The notes under the pieces are model-generated. The model searched no databases, was not told the DNA's origin, and saw only the letters and a list, made by a program, of their open reading frames with translations. From an uncultured Acidobacteriota bacterium (GTDB taxonomy: Bacteria; Acidobacteriota; Thermoanaerobaculia; Gp7-AA8), in the NCBI GenBank assembly GCA_963741955.1, contig CAVUKB010000004.1, forward strand, positions 128,001-192,000: a stretch of 64,000 nt of DNA, in the 5' to 3' direction. Below, piece after piece: positions 22,667-33,930 of the stretch. Every line of letters begins with the position of its first letter. The first letter of the stretch is position 1. A program made the translations under genes and the position numbers.

Positions 22667-23247
22667 CTTCGCCGGTTGCGATCGAAAACGCTCTTGCGCG
22701 AATCGAGGCTGGCTTTAATCGCCTCGGCTTGCCCGTGCATCACCTACTTTGCCCTGGGATATCGAGAGACGCAGTCGAGAAGGAATTTCGCGAATTTGGC
22801 TTCGCGCTCACAGATGAACTTGCGCGACTCTGGAACTGGCGTGATGGCACGGATGTCGTTGGGCGTGTGCTCGACGACACGCATTTCTTCCCTGGGTTCT
22901 ACCTAATCTCGCATGCCGATTCGATCGAGCATTACCGGCGCTTTCGCAACGATCATCGCTGGGACCCGAGCTGGGTGCCTATCTTTGCAAACGGTGGCGG
23001 CGATTTTTATGTCGTGTCGTTAACGGCATCTCGCCGGCCAACGAGCGAAGTAATAGGGTTCATTCTCGGCGAGGAAACGCATCCAGTTGAGTTTCTAAGT
23101 CTCACGGTGATGCTTGAAGTGATTGCCGAGTGCTACGAACACGGTGCGTATTTTCTTTCGGATGAGGGATACCTCGAGACGAACGATGAAATTGAGATCG
23201 CGATCGCGAGTCGTCTAAATCCGGGTGTCGAACGCTGGGCCTCGTAG
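22663..23247 (+). CDS. SMI1/KNR4-family immunity protein
   Basis: ATGA overlap; L.PG......EK...F.L.DEL..LW.WRDG, WVPIFANGGGDFY. Confidence 0.88.
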   Translation: MTSPVAIENALARIEAGFNRLGLPVHHLLCPGISRDAVEKEFREFGFALTDELARLWNWRDGTDVVGRVLDDTHFFPGFYLISHADSIEHYRRFRNDHRWDPSWVPIFANGGGDFYVVSLTASRRPTSEVIGFILGEETHPVEFLSLTVMLEVIAECYEHGAYFLSDEGYLETNDEIEIAIASRLNPGVERWAS

Positions 23248-23415
23248 CGAGAAGAGTTGGAGATGAAGCTTCGGGTGTCTGCCGCGTGTCCGAGCGCGTT
23301 GCAACGTCAGCAGTTCCGGGTCGCTGAGCTCGAGCAGCTGGCTCGAAAACGACCGCTTCGTACGTCTCTCCCTTCTTCCGTCGCGCCATTCTTCACATCT
23401 CCATGGCATCACGTC

Positions 23416-24318
23416 TCAAGCTTCGTTCCGCTGCTGCGCTCTCTTGAGCACATCGAAGTAGGGAAGACGAAGCAGAATGCCGAGCGCCTCGTGCGTCAGT
23501 TCGGCCGACATCTTCCTGAGTGCGTCGCTCGCTGCGATGGCGTGCGGTGGGTCAACAGGGAAAGCAATCAGTTCGCCGATGATCGTCTCCGCCTGCCGCG
23601 CGTCGGCATCAATCAGACGAAGCAGTCCGCTGGCGATCGCGTTTTCGTATGGGAACAGAGCGCGCTTCGGCATCGCGGCATCCAGTCGTGCGAGAAAATG
23701 AACCACGGCATGACTCAGCATGAAGTAGTAGTTACCTCGTGCAGCGGGCGAGAGGACATGTCTCCAAACATCCCACGCGATGCGCTTCTGCACCTCGATC
23801 GCGAATCCGGTGACGGGGAACTCCGCGCCGAGCGAGCGGATGTCGTTGACGTAATCATCGAGCACCTCGTGTGCTTCGTCGAAACTGAGACGGCTAAACG
23901 AATCGTGAGCATGCTCGAACATCATCTCGCGGTACGAGCGCAGTCCTTTCGACTCACGGAATCGCCGGGCGAGATCCTCGGCACGTTCTCGCGGCGGTCC
24001 ACTTTCGTACTCGGATGAGAGGAGGGTGTCGCGAAGGACCTGCAGAAACAGTTTCAATCGCTGGCCGCGACTCGCTGCGTCGGCGGCTTCGATGTCGGCG
24101 CGGGGTATCGAGCGCACGCGCAGTTCGCAGTCGGCCGCGTAGGCCTGATCAGCCGCGTAGTGCGACAGGTAGTGAATCGGAGCTGACGAATCGCGAACGA
24201 CTTTGAACACGGGCTCTCTGCATGCCGGACAGACGATCTGAAAGCTTCGGCAGTCGTCGTAGCTGACAGCAGGTGCGTGAATGTGTTCGCCGAGAAGGAC
24301 GCTGTAGCCCAGATCCAC
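23416..24318 (-). CDS. Hypothetical protein with N-terminal Zn-binding (CoiA-like) motif
   Basis: 300-aa ORF, CPAC.EPV...YLSH...CE. Confidence 0.65.
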   Translation of the reverse strand: MDLGYSVLLGEHIHAPAVSYDDCRSFQIVCPACREPVFKVVRDSSAPIHYLSHYAADQAYAADCELRVRSIPRADIEAADAASRGQRLKLFLQVLRDTLLSSEYESGPPRERAEDLARRFRESKGLRSYREMMFEHAHDSFSRLSFDEAHEVLDDYVNDIRSLGAEFPVTGFAIEVQKRIAWDVWRHVLSPAARGNYYFMLSHAVVHFLARLDAAMPKRALFPYENAIASGLLRLIDADARQAETIIGELIAFPVDPPHAIAASDALRKMSAELTHEALGILLRLPYFDVLKRAQQRNEA

Positions 24319-24394
24319 GCTTCACCTTGTCATTCGCGCGCTAAGCTCGCGGAGGATGTGGTGTCGCGCACCGGCTTCTTGTGAGCGATCGTCA

Positions 24395-24808
24395 TCAACC
24401 GGCCTTTCCCAGGAACGCGTCGATGGTTCGGAGCAGCGCTTCCTGATCGCGCCGCGGGAGCTGCTCGAGCTGCTGAAGCTTGCGAAGCAGGCGGCGGTTT
24501 TTGATCGGAGCACCGGCGCGCGGCTCTGCGATGCCGAGGATCTCGTCAGCCGACGCGCCGAGGATCTGCGTGAGCGCGATGATCACCTCGCCGTTGAGAC
24601 GGAACGAATCGCGTTCCCATCCTGAGATCATCGGTTGCGCAACGCCGAGCATCCCCGCCAACTCCTCCTGCGTGATGCCGCGGTCGCGGCGCAAACGTGC
24701 GAGCCGCTGACCGACCGTCTCTTCCTGTTTCGCTGCAGCCTTCCGAACCAAGTCGCGAGCCTCCCTGAGATCTTCCGAATCGATTTTAGGGAGTAGGTTC
24801 GTGGTCAT
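24395..24808 (-). CDS. XRE-family HTH transcriptional regulator
   Basis: GQRLARLRRDRGITQEELAGMLGVAQPMISGWE; start may instead be 24832. Confidence 0.9.
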   Translation of the reverse strand: MTTNLLPKIDSEDLREARDLVRKAAAKQEETVGQRLARLRRDRGITQEELAGMLGVAQPMISGWERDSFRLNGEVIIALTQILGASADEILGIAEPRAGAPIKNRRLLRKLQQLEQLPRRDQEALLRTIDAFLGKAG

Positions 24809-24830
24809 CGGCTGTGCTTCTTGACTCTTC

Positions 24831-24875
24831 ATAAGCATAGCTTATATTCTACTGGGCAGTTTCGCGAGGTAGCAA
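24831..24875 (-). promoter_or_regulatory. Putative XRE promoter and operator
   Basis: Minus strand TTGCTA-N18-TAGAAT, followed by palindrome ATAAGC-N3-GCTTAT. Confidence 0.5.
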
Positions 24876-24936
24876 ATTCATCGAAAAAGCCCTTGACACG
24901 TTTTTCGAAGGAGGCCAGAAGCGACGCGTGAAGAGT

Positions 24937-24995
24937 GGGGGTCAGGGCTTTGCCTGTCGGTTGTCCATCGTAACTCGCTGCCACGGCGCCACTTA
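24937..24995 (+). repeat. GGGGTCA end motif with TAA-N19-TTA box
   Basis: Copy of 11450-11506. Confidence 0.75.
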
Positions 24996-27660
24996 GCGTC
25001 AACGTCGACTCCATCCAGCGGACGCTCTTCGGCGGCCAGACGCCACTCCCTCTTCTCACCGCGAGCTATCGGAATGCAAGACGTCCCGACGTTCGTACCG
25101 TCCAGACCGACTGCACCGCGATCCCGAACTGCACGCCGAGCTCGTTCTCGCGGATCTACGCCTACGAGACCGAGACTGGACGGCTCGACGAGATGCGCGT
25201 CGAAACGGCGGGCGGGATGACCCTCGCCGGAACCCATGTCGGCTTCGACGACTCCAGATCAACGACATCAACCTCCTCGGCGTCTCGAACGGCGCGCGTC
25301 ATTCGCGTTTCGCATACGACGCCAGGAGCCGCCTCGCCGGGTCGATCTACGGGACGACGACCGACGCACAACCGTCCGTCGGCGCTCCGAGCACCGGGCA
25401 GTCGACCGAAGACCTGACCCCCGCCGACTTCCGCTCGGGCCAGGAGCGGACGCCGCAGCTCGACTCGGCGACGCTCTCGGTTCTCGCCTCGCGCGGGATC
25501 GACCTCTCGCTCCTCGACCCGCCGTCGATGACGGCCACCGAGTCGGCGGCGGGACACAAGATCGAATCGATCAGCAGCGGCTCCACGACCGAGGCGCTCC
25601 ACTACCCGCAGTCGCAGAGAACCGAGGACGGCCAGTTCGTATACGAGTGGGATGAGAAGGGGAGACTGACCAGCGTCACCGAGAAGCCCACCTCCGCGAA
25701 CGGGGAGATCCGGCGGATCCTGTACGACTACGACGGCAACGACCGTCTCGTCGGACGCCGCGCGGAGATGGCCGAGGTTACCGATCCCGCGGCGGACCCG
25801 GACACACTCTCCTGGGATCTCGAGGCCCGTCCCGACGTCCTCGCGAGCGACGGGCTTCCGGCGGACGTCACGCTCGTGTGGGATCCGCTGTCCGATACGC
25901 TCGTCTCCATCTTCAAGGCGGGGGCGAGCCGGAACGCATCGATCGATGCGAACGGCGGGCTCCTCGCGCAGTTCATCCACGGCGGGCTCTCGTACGACGA
26001 CCCGATCGAGACCACCCGCGTTTCCACGCGCCCGGGCACGACTGGCAGCGAGATCGACCGCTTCTATCCGGTCTACGACGAGGCCGGGACGGGGAATCTC
26101 GACGCGGTGCTGAACGCGAGCGGCGAGATCGTCGCGCGCAACGTGCCGAACGATCCGTTCGGTGCGCACGAGCTGGATCTCAACGGCGCCGCGGTCGACG
26201 GGATGGCGATCGACGCCGCAAAAGACCGCGACGGCAACCTCACTACGGTGGAGGTCACGGTGCGGACCACCGAGGCGCTGAGCGCGCCGACGCTCGCAGC
26301 GGGTCTGCGGCTCGCGGCTGTGGACGGCGGGGGAGCGGTGGTAAGATCGTCGGGCGCAATCCCGCAGCTCATTGACAACGATCCGTACTCGGCACGCTTC
26401 ACGCTGACGGCGGCGCAATGGACCGCACTGACGGACGCGTCTCCGGTGGGGACGCTCACGCCGGCGGCGCTGTCGGTCGCGGTGACGAAGGAGCTCCGGG
26501 CCGCGGCGTGGGGAGCGGATGTCCCCGTCCTCCCGGCGCCCGACTGGGCGACGGCGACGCAACCGGTGACGAGCTCCGGCAATCTTCCGGTCGAAGTGCG
26601 CGAGTCGCTCTCGAGCCTCTCCATCTGGCTCGCAGGGGTTCCCGCGGACGGCGCCGACAAAAAGACGTTCTACGAGGTCGATTCGCTCGCGCTCCTCGCC
26701 TCGGCGGCGCCCGCCTCAGGCGGCGGCGAGAGCCCCATGGCCGCGATGCTCACCGCCCGCTTCCAGGCCCAGCCCTTCACCGAGCCCCTCACCCGCCACA
26801 ACTACGTCCGCGCCCGCTGGTACGACCCGGAGACCGGGACGTGGCTCACCCCAGATCCACTCGGCTATCGCGACTCTTCGAATCTTTACTCCTATTGCCA
26901 CGGCGATCCGGTGAATCGAAGGGATCCGACGGGGCAGTACGAAACAGACGTACATCGCGTCTTCACGCAGTACCTCGCGTTGCGTGCAGGCTTCTCTCCT
27001 GCCGAAGCCCTCTTGATCGCTGCTGGCGACGAAGCCGTAGATCAGGATCCGGTGTCTGAGCCGTTAGGAAATGCTCGCGCCGGTAACTGGCCCGCGGTTC
27101 GCCGTAACCATTTCGCTATTTCGTCAGGCGAAATCAAGGTACGGAGAAATAGCCCTATAGCGCGCCGCGGAGTGGAGACCGCGACCGATCTGGGCGCCCT
27201 TGGCCGAGGCCTCCACGTGCTGCAGGACTCGTACTCACATGAGGATGCGTACGTAGGTGATATTGCCGATCAGTACAAGAAGTACGGCGGCGTGCGGCTC
27301 GGCACTGTGATGCGCGCGATCAAAGATCCGGAGGAAGGGATCGGTCACCCCGACAAGCCCGAAATCGGCAGTCGAGCCGACAATCATTTGACTGACCAGA
27401 CATGGACCGATCCAGGGAAGGCGGTCGAAATGGCACGCACGACGTCTGATGCGCTCGTCGATTATCGCCTCCGCTCAGGTCAGATCACGACTGCTCAGGC
27501 AGCGGCGTTGCGAAGCAAGTGGGATCGTCTCCAACCAAGCGTATCCGCATTCGCTCAAGCGAAAACGAAAGCAGAGAAACAGCAGTGGCTCCAACGGTAC
27601 GCGCAAACACTTGAATTTACGGAGGAGGACTTGAAGGATATGAGCATCCCGAAAGACTGA
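24995..27660 (+). pseudogene. Orphan Rhs-B cassette with Zn-dependent phospholipase C/P1-like (DUF6765-like) tip
   Basis: Tip YETDVH...NHF...LGRGLHVLQDSYSH...GH; 1-bp deletion near 25250. Confidence 0.78.
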
Positions 27661-27661
27661 T

Positions 27662-27931
27662 ATGACAAGACGCCTGCTCCCATCGCTGATCATTGCGTCG
27701 ATCGCTCACTCGGCACTCTGGCTGACGTGGCCGGCTTACAGGTACGGGTTCGGACTGCGCTTGCCAAAGGTTGTGCTCGACTTTGTTGCTTCCGCTTTTC
27801 GATACCGCCAAATCGAAGATCTGCCTGATGCACAAGCGAAAGGCATTCTGATCATGGGGTTTCTTCTGATAGCAGCCGGCGGCGTCGCTGCTTTCGTTTT
27901 GGACCGACGTCGTAAAGCGCAATCGATCTGA
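27662..27931 (+). CDS. Putative membrane immunity protein (89 aa)
   Basis: Starts 1 nt after toxin stop; two hydrophobic segments and a basic C-terminus. Confidence 0.65.
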   Translation: MTRRLLPSLIIASIAHSALWLTWPAYRYGFGLRLPKVVLDFVASAFRYRQIEDLPDAQAKGILIMGFLLIAAGGVAAFVLDRRRKAQSI

Positions 27932-28116
27932 CGCCTACAGCCCAGTGACCTTCTGACGAAGCTTCTCCTTCAGAAGAAGAGCAGGTGTTCTGCCTCAGTC
28001 GGAACGTGACGGACGAACGGCCGTGCCGGAACCCGCAGCAGGGCCAAAGCTTCATTTTTCTCATCCCGGGCAGTGGTATCCGGTCCTGCAGGGTCGACAT
28101 CAGGTCGCCACTGTGC

Positions 28117-29010
28117 TCATGACGCAGCGATCCTTGCGTCGGTGACGATGGCACGCAGCAGAGCCTCGGATGAGGCGAGCACGTTGCGGTCGGCGCGGCG
28201 GGCGAGGGCGACATTCGCGAGGCGGACGGCACCTTCGTTGAGAGTTGTGCGGTTCAGAGAAGGTCCTTCAGTCGGATGGCCGATGAACAGAGCGGCGCGT
28301 GGTGAGAGCGGGAAGGCGCGGATCAGACGCGGATCGAATGGATCGTCGCCGAATCCTCCCTGGCGAACGAGAAGGCCGAGGGGGCGATCGCTCGTGATGA
28401 AGGCCGAGTTCGCGGGAGCGCGGCCGACGAGCCATTCGGTCCAGAACAGATGCATCGCGAGCTCAAACCCGCCGGCGAGCATGACGCTGATCTGGTCGAA
28501 GCCTTTGGTTAGGTCGAGGTGAGCGCAGTCGTCGAGAACGAGGTTCTTGATCGTCCACGGGTCGAGCCACACGCCGGTCACGCCGCGGAACGCTTCGGAA
28601 AACCGCTCGAGAAAGGCCTCGTCGTCGTCGAGGTTGTCGCGGGCGGAGAGCGGCGGGGTGGTGGTGCGAAATCCCGAGCCGCGTGAATCGGCGAATCCCA
28701 TGAAGAACGCCACGCTCCAGCGCTCTTCGCGCGTGAGCGTCTCGCCGTGTTCGATCTTGTCGAAGATCGCGACGGCGCTGTCGATCTCAGCCAGCCGGCC
28801 TTCCACCCAGCGCTCGGTCGCGCCCTCCTTCGTCTTCATCGCGTAGAAGTCGGTCTGCGCCGCGATGTTCCTCGTTCCGCTGAATCGGTACTTGCCTGTC
28901 ACGCGGTCGAACACGTGAACACGGGGGCCATCGGGTGAGAATCGCCGCATGTAGCCCTGCGGCAGCAAGTGGTGGAGCTTCGCGTCGGTCTCGGGAGCGC
29001 GTTGGCGCAT
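28117..29010 (-). CDS. DUF4238-family protein
   Basis: HHLLPQGYMRRFS, DFY, FITSDRP, FPLSP. Confidence 0.85.
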   Translation of the reverse strand: MRQRAPETDAKLHHLLPQGYMRRFSPDGPRVHVFDRVTGKYRFSGTRNIAAQTDFYAMKTKEGATERWVEGRLAEIDSAVAIFDKIEHGETLTREERWSVAFFMGFADSRGSGFRTTTPPLSARDNLDDDEAFLERFSEAFRGVTGVWLDPWTIKNLVLDDCAHLDLTKGFDQISVMLAGGFELAMHLFWTEWLVGRAPANSAFITSDRPLGLLVRQGGFGDDPFDPRLIRAFPLSPRAALFIGHPTEGPSLNRTTLNEGAVRLANVALARRADRNVLASSEALLRAIVTDARIAAS

Positions 29011-29061
29011 TGCGTTAGGTCGTCAGGCGCATGGGTGTGATGAGGTCTTCTGGCCTCCGGC

Positions 29062-29856
29062 CTACTTCTTCTCGAGTGCTCGGCGTACGGTGTTCTTGAT
29101 GGACCGTTCGAGCAAGGCGAGAGACTCGTCGTAGCGGTTCTCGTCGCGGAAGTCGGCGTAGCGGTAATCAGCGAGGAAGAGGGGCACGGTGCATTCTTTG
29201 TGCAGCACCGGAAAGATCTTGAAATCGCTCCCCAGGCGCAGCGCGTACGCGGCACGGAGCTCCTCGTTGACCCACGGGCGCGAGAGCGCTTCGGGCGAGA
29301 GAACGATGAGCATGGAGTACGAGTTCTGCAGTCCTTCCTGAATCTTCGCGGAGAGCGAGTCACCGATCTCGATCTCGTGTTCGTCGCGCCAGATGTTGAT
29401 CTCACGCAAGCCGAGATCGTGCTCGAGACGTCGCGCGAAGTCGGCATCGCCGCTGAAGTAACTCATGAATGTGTCGAAGCGCTTTGGGCGAGTCATATCG
29501 AGGAGGCTGCCGCGTGGGACCAGGACGTCCATCGCCCCGTAGCGTGATCCTTCCGGGTTGGCGGGAGCGAGTCGATCGATGATCGTCTCCGGTGGCGCGT
29601 TGCGGACTAGCACTCCGCGCCGGCTCCAGTACGGATCATCGGCGAATCTTGTCGTGTAGTTGATGATCTTCTCGCCGGCAGTGACGAGACTCGGCAGGTT
29701 CAGAATCCACTCGGCTTCATCCGGGAAGAAGTCGAGCAACAGCAGATCCCGGCCATTCAGCATGTCGCCGATGTTGACGATCTGAATGTTGTTCCCCTTG
29801 GTCGTCAGCTCGTGAATGCCCCAGCAGGGGTTCTGCGCATCGGGCTTGGGGAGCAT
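29062..29856 (-). CDS. TIR-domain protein
   Basis: FDTFMSY..D..FA..L...IWRD..I.IGD...IVLSP....PWVNEEL (catalytic Glu present). Confidence 0.88.
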   Translation of the reverse strand: MLPKPDAQNPCWGIHELTTKGNNIQIVNIGDMLNGRDLLLLDFFPDEAEWILNLPSLVTAGEKIINYTTRFADDPYWSRRGVLVRNAPPETIIDRLAPANPEGSRYGAMDVLVPRGSLLDMTRPKRFDTFMSYFSGDADFARRLEHDLGLREINIWRDEHEIEIGDSLSAKIQEGLQNSYSMLIVLSPEALSRPWVNEELRAAYALRLGSDFKIFPVLHKECTVPLFLADYRYADFRDENRYDESLALLERSIKNTVRRALEKK

Positions 29857-29890
29857 GAAGAAGACGTTGGGTGTCTCCGGGAAAGATGAA

Positions 29891-29965
29891 GGGTCAGGGC
29901 TTCGTCTCTTGCTTGTTCCTCTAAGTACCCGAATATACGCGAGTTACTCGTCGGTTTGTCGCGCT
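29891..29965 (+). repeat. GGGTCA end motif, CTCTAAGTA.CCGAATATACGCG subtype
   Basis: Copies at 8646, 33762, 37491, 51307. Confidence 0.8.
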
Positions 29966-30030
29966 ACGAGAAATGATGCGGCGCCTTCGCCCGTCGGTTG
30001 TGACAGGAGATCATCGGGGGGACCGAATAT

Positions 30031-30372
30031 GGGGGCGAGGCCTTCGCCTGTCGGTTCTTCGTCCTAAGCCACTGTCGAAGCAGCACTTCGGTTGCGCTGT
30101 CTCTCGGCGCGGATTGCACTCCATGCCCCTCCGCAGTGGTCGTCCGGGCCCTCGAGAGGCGGCGCGTCGCTCCGAACCTATTCTGCGAGGAGTAGAACCC
30201 TGGGCGCGAGAGCCGAGGGACTCTCGATCGCCTGGTACGACCACGTCGACTCGAGTTTCGCGCCGCCGCGTTCCACGTCGCCCGGCGCGGCAACGAGACG
30301 TTCAATTCGCGGAGAAGTCGTCTTCGTGCAGCAACTTTGGGCGCATCGACCGAAGGGCGAAGGCCTGACTCC
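30031..30372 (+). mobile_element. Second copy of the 342-bp inverted-end element
   Basis: Near-identical to 19732-20073. Confidence 0.7.
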
Positions 30373-32938
30373 GAACAACCGCCTCGGGTTCGAGGACGGA
30401 AAGCCGGTTCCGCCGTCCGGGAACGAGATCCCCGGCCTCTCCTGGCCGACCGGCCCCGTGACGGGATTCCCGAGTGGCGAGGTCACCGTCTCGGGAGGAA
30501 CCGTGGTTTGGGGCGGCGCGCTCGAGCGAGACACGGCCGCTCGCATCAAGAAGATCGATCTCGCCGGAGTCGTCTCGCATGGGTCCAGCTACACCTACGA
30601 CAAGGACCGTGGATGGCTCCGCGAGTCGATTCTGGTGCGGCCGGACGAGAAGCTCAGTTCGGTCCCGCCCACGATCGATTCGTTCGTCCCGGCCGACTTC
30701 CTCACTCTCCACGAAGCTCCTTCGGCACTCTCTACAGCGCAGAACCAGAAGCTCGGGGAGAAGGCGTGGTCGATCGAGCCCGCAACCTGGAGCGCCTCGC
30801 GGCAGACCGGGAGCCGGATCGGAACGCTGACCCTCTCTCTCCCGGGTCTGGACGACCTCTCCCGCACGTTCCAGTACACCGGCGGCCGGCGCACCTCGGA
30901 CGGAGTCTGGACGTACACGTGGGACGATTTCGAGCGGCTCACCGCGATGGAGAACCCCTCGACCGCGCGTCGCATCGAGTTCCGGTACGACACGAATGGG
31001 CGGGTGATCTCCCGGACGGCATTCCGAACCGATGGCATCGATCCGCTCCTCGAAGACCGTGGGGACATTCTCGCGAAAGACGGGCTTCCGGCCGACACGA
31101 CGTTCGTCTGGGATCCGATCGCCGACCGTCTCGTGGCGATCTTCGAAGGTCGCCAGACACTGGTCCCCGGCGGCCCGAAAGCGTACGACGGTCTCCTCCG
31201 CCAGATGCTCCATGGCGACCAGGGGTACGACGATCCGGTCGAGGTCCTCAAACGCGTCGGCGGCAGCTCGGCGGCCCCGGAAGTCGAGCACCTCTATCCG
31301 GTGGTCGACCACTCGGGGACCGGCTCCCTCCAGGCGGTCCTCGGCGCGGACGGCAATCTCATCGAGCGCGTCCTCTACGGCAGCGCCTGGGGAGCGAAGC
31401 CGAAGTACCTCCAGGGACCGCTCGTCGAGAACGCGAAGCTCGAAGCAGAGAAGGACGGCAGCGGAAATCTCACGAAGGTCACCGCCGAGATCCGGCTGAC
31501 CGAGAAGATCGCCGAGAGCTCGCTCCCGGGCATGGTGATCCATCTTCTGAAAGCCGACGGGAGCGAAGCTGCGCCGCCCACCGGCTCGCTGACGCTCGAC
31601 TCGAAGAGGCCGAACGTCCTGGTCTGGAGCGTGACCGGAGCGGAGTGGCAGTCGTGGACGGCGGCGAGCGGCGCGGCGACGCTCGAGATCGCCGTCACGG
31701 ACCAGCTCCGCGCGGAAGGGTGGGGGGAGACGCCGGTCATGATGGCCCCCGAGTGGGCAACGACGCTGTATGGTGTAAAATCGAGTGCATCACAACCGTG
31801 GCAGCGTCGCGAGTCGCTCGCGACGCTCGCCACCGAGTTCTTTGACAAGACCGCGGCCGGCGCGACCCGCGAGGCGGAGATCTACGACATCCCGGACCTC
31901 TATCTCGCCGCCTCACCCGACTCGAAGACGCAGCTCCTGACCGGCTTTCACGCCTATCCCTTCGTCGAACCCGCATCCGGGCTCGTGTACGCGCGAGCAC
32001 GCTGGTACGACCCGCAAACCGGCACGTTCATGAGCCCTGACCCTCTCGGCTATCGCGACTCCTCCAATCTATACGCGTTTGCTGGTGGCGATCCGGTCAA
32101 TGGTCGCGACCCACTGGGCGAAGGGACCTTGGATAAGGTTGTCGGGTTCTTCCTTCCTGGATGGGACGAGAAAGGTCGCACGGAGACCTCAGCTCGATTG
32201 CACGCCGCTGCTGATGCGATTGATGCCACAGCTGAAGAGGCCCTCAACGGGACCGACGATTCTCAGTGGTTCACTCGGTCGGCCGCACAAACCATGCAGC
32301 TCGCGTCGGGCTTTTTGCGGCAAGGAGACGCTTCAGGGACTGAGCTAGGTAGTGGCGTATCTCCGTGGCAGGTCGTGCAAAACCGTGTCTACGAGGGAAT
32401 GCCTCTCGAAGAGGCGCGGGCGCTGATTCAGGACTGGGATTACCTCAGCGATGAAGACCGAGCGCGACTGATTTCGTTGGGAATCTCGAAGACCGCTGCC
32501 GTAGTCGGTGGGGCGCGGGGACTGCAGCAGACAATCTACAAACCGACGCCGGTTCTCCCGAAGCCAAGAAGCACGCCAACTGTAAACCTTGCTAAGCCGC
32601 GGCCCTCGGCTCCTGCCCCACGTGTTGAGCCGCCATATGCGGTCACCCGTAGCAACTACGCGAAGAACTTCAAAGCAGTCAGTGCGACTCCGGCGGGTTC
32701 CGAAGTTCATCACACGCTCTTCCAAAAGTATCGCGCTGCGTTCGCTGCGCGTGGGATCAACATCGACGAAATGCGTTTTCTTCGTGGCGTAGACCCGAAG
32801 GTGCACTCGCGCATAACGACCGCTGTGAAGCGGCTTGAACGTCAGCTCGGCCGTGATCTGACGCCCGAAGAAGTCCTTGATCTCGCAGTCAAGTTCGACA
32901 ATGAGTTCAGTGGATCGTTGATCCATCGGACACCTTAA
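30373..32938 (+). pseudogene. Orphan Rhs-A cassette with HNH-like (DUF2380-like) tip
   Basis: Stem near-identical to 20074-21800; tip EVHHTLFQKY...F..RGINID...L......HSRIT. Confidence 0.8.
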
Positions 32939-32955
32939 CGGCCGGCAGGTACGAG

Positions 32956-33309
32956 ATGAATCTAAAAGAAGCATTCTTTCAGGATTTAGCGGCTCGCTTA
33001 ACGACGTGGCGCGACGACTTGGTCGCCGCAGTTAAGGATCCGTCTACTGCGGTTTGGGCGGAGTCGCAGCCCGCGATCGCACGGCTACATGGCAAGTTGA
33101 GCGAATCTGACATTGAAGATTTGCGCGTTGTGTTGGACGAGTGTTTTCGAGGGCTACTGCACTCTACGCTCGTCACGATTGACGGCGGGTCGGATGCGAG
33201 CACCTTCGGGAATCTTCAGCTTATTGACGCGGCGACGGGCCAAACGCTAACTGACGGGGCACTTCACGAGGATTTTGTGGAGTACCTCGCGGCTCACGAC
33301 ATGCTCTGA
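32956..33309 (+). CDS. Putative immunity protein (117 aa)
   Basis: Follows toxin; LHS.LV.IDG...LHE.F. Confidence 0.75.
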   Translation: MNLKEAFFQDLAARLTTWRDDLVAAVKDPSTAVWAESQPAIARLHGKLSESDIEDLRVVLDECFRGLLHSTLVTIDGGSDASTFGNLQLIDAATGQTLTDGALHEDFVEYLAAHDML

Positions 33310-33322
33310 AGTCGCAGCCGTG

Positions 33323-33745
33323 TCACTCCGGAATCGCCCCCGTGCCGCCGGCGATGCGGTAGGGGGCGAGGAGGGGGCGGAGATCTTTGGGGAGGCCGGC
33401 GAAGGAGTAGCCGCCGCGTTCGGACCATGACTGCGTGGTGGCGATCGAGGTCTTTCGGAGGATGACTTCGAGCAGCTCGTCGTGCGGGTAGAGATACCAC
33501 TCGTCGCCGCTGCCGAACGCGATCCAGATCCCTTTGCCTCGATACTTCTCGGCGAATGCGAGCCTGCTCTTCAACTGCACGCGCAGCACGTCGCCGTTGA
33601 TGTGCAGCGCGATGAAGTCCGCTCCGGCCCAATCATCCGACAGCCGCATCGTCACGAACCCATAGTCGGCGAGCACGGCCGAGATCTTCTGAAAGTTGAA
33701 GTTCTCCTTCTGCCGGGCGTTGAGCCTCGCGTACGCGATCTTCTC
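33323..33745 (-). pseudogene. Putative PD-(D/E)xK-like nuclease, 5' end clipped
   Basis: EKIAYARLNARQKENFNFQKISAVLADYGF...GADF...VQLKSR; in-frame TGA lies in the adjacent motif with no ATG/GTG ahead of the conserved N-terminus. Confidence 0.6.
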
Positions 33746-33761
33746 GGCGGTAATCGCGCTT

Positions 33762-33929
33762 GGGGGTCACACCTTCGTCTCTCGCTTGTTCCTCTAAGTA
33801 ACCGAATATACGCGGGTTGCGCGTCTGTTTGTCGCAGCGCCAAAGGAATAGAGCGCATGGAATAGCGAAGGAATAGGGTCACGCCTTCGCTCATCGGTTC
33901 TGCCGTCGGAGATCTCGACGGGACGCAGC
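33762..33929 (+). repeat. Tandem pair of GGGGTCA motifs (33762, 33876) leading directly into Rhs-C
   Basis: Same leader at 37491-37658 and 51307-51461; ends with hairpin CCGTCG-N7-CGACGG. Confidence 0.8.
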
Positions 33930-33930
33930 C

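Noticed and set aside
24893-24925. TTGACA as a + strand promoter for the following cassette
   Set aside because: No acceptable -10 at 16-18 nt spacing.
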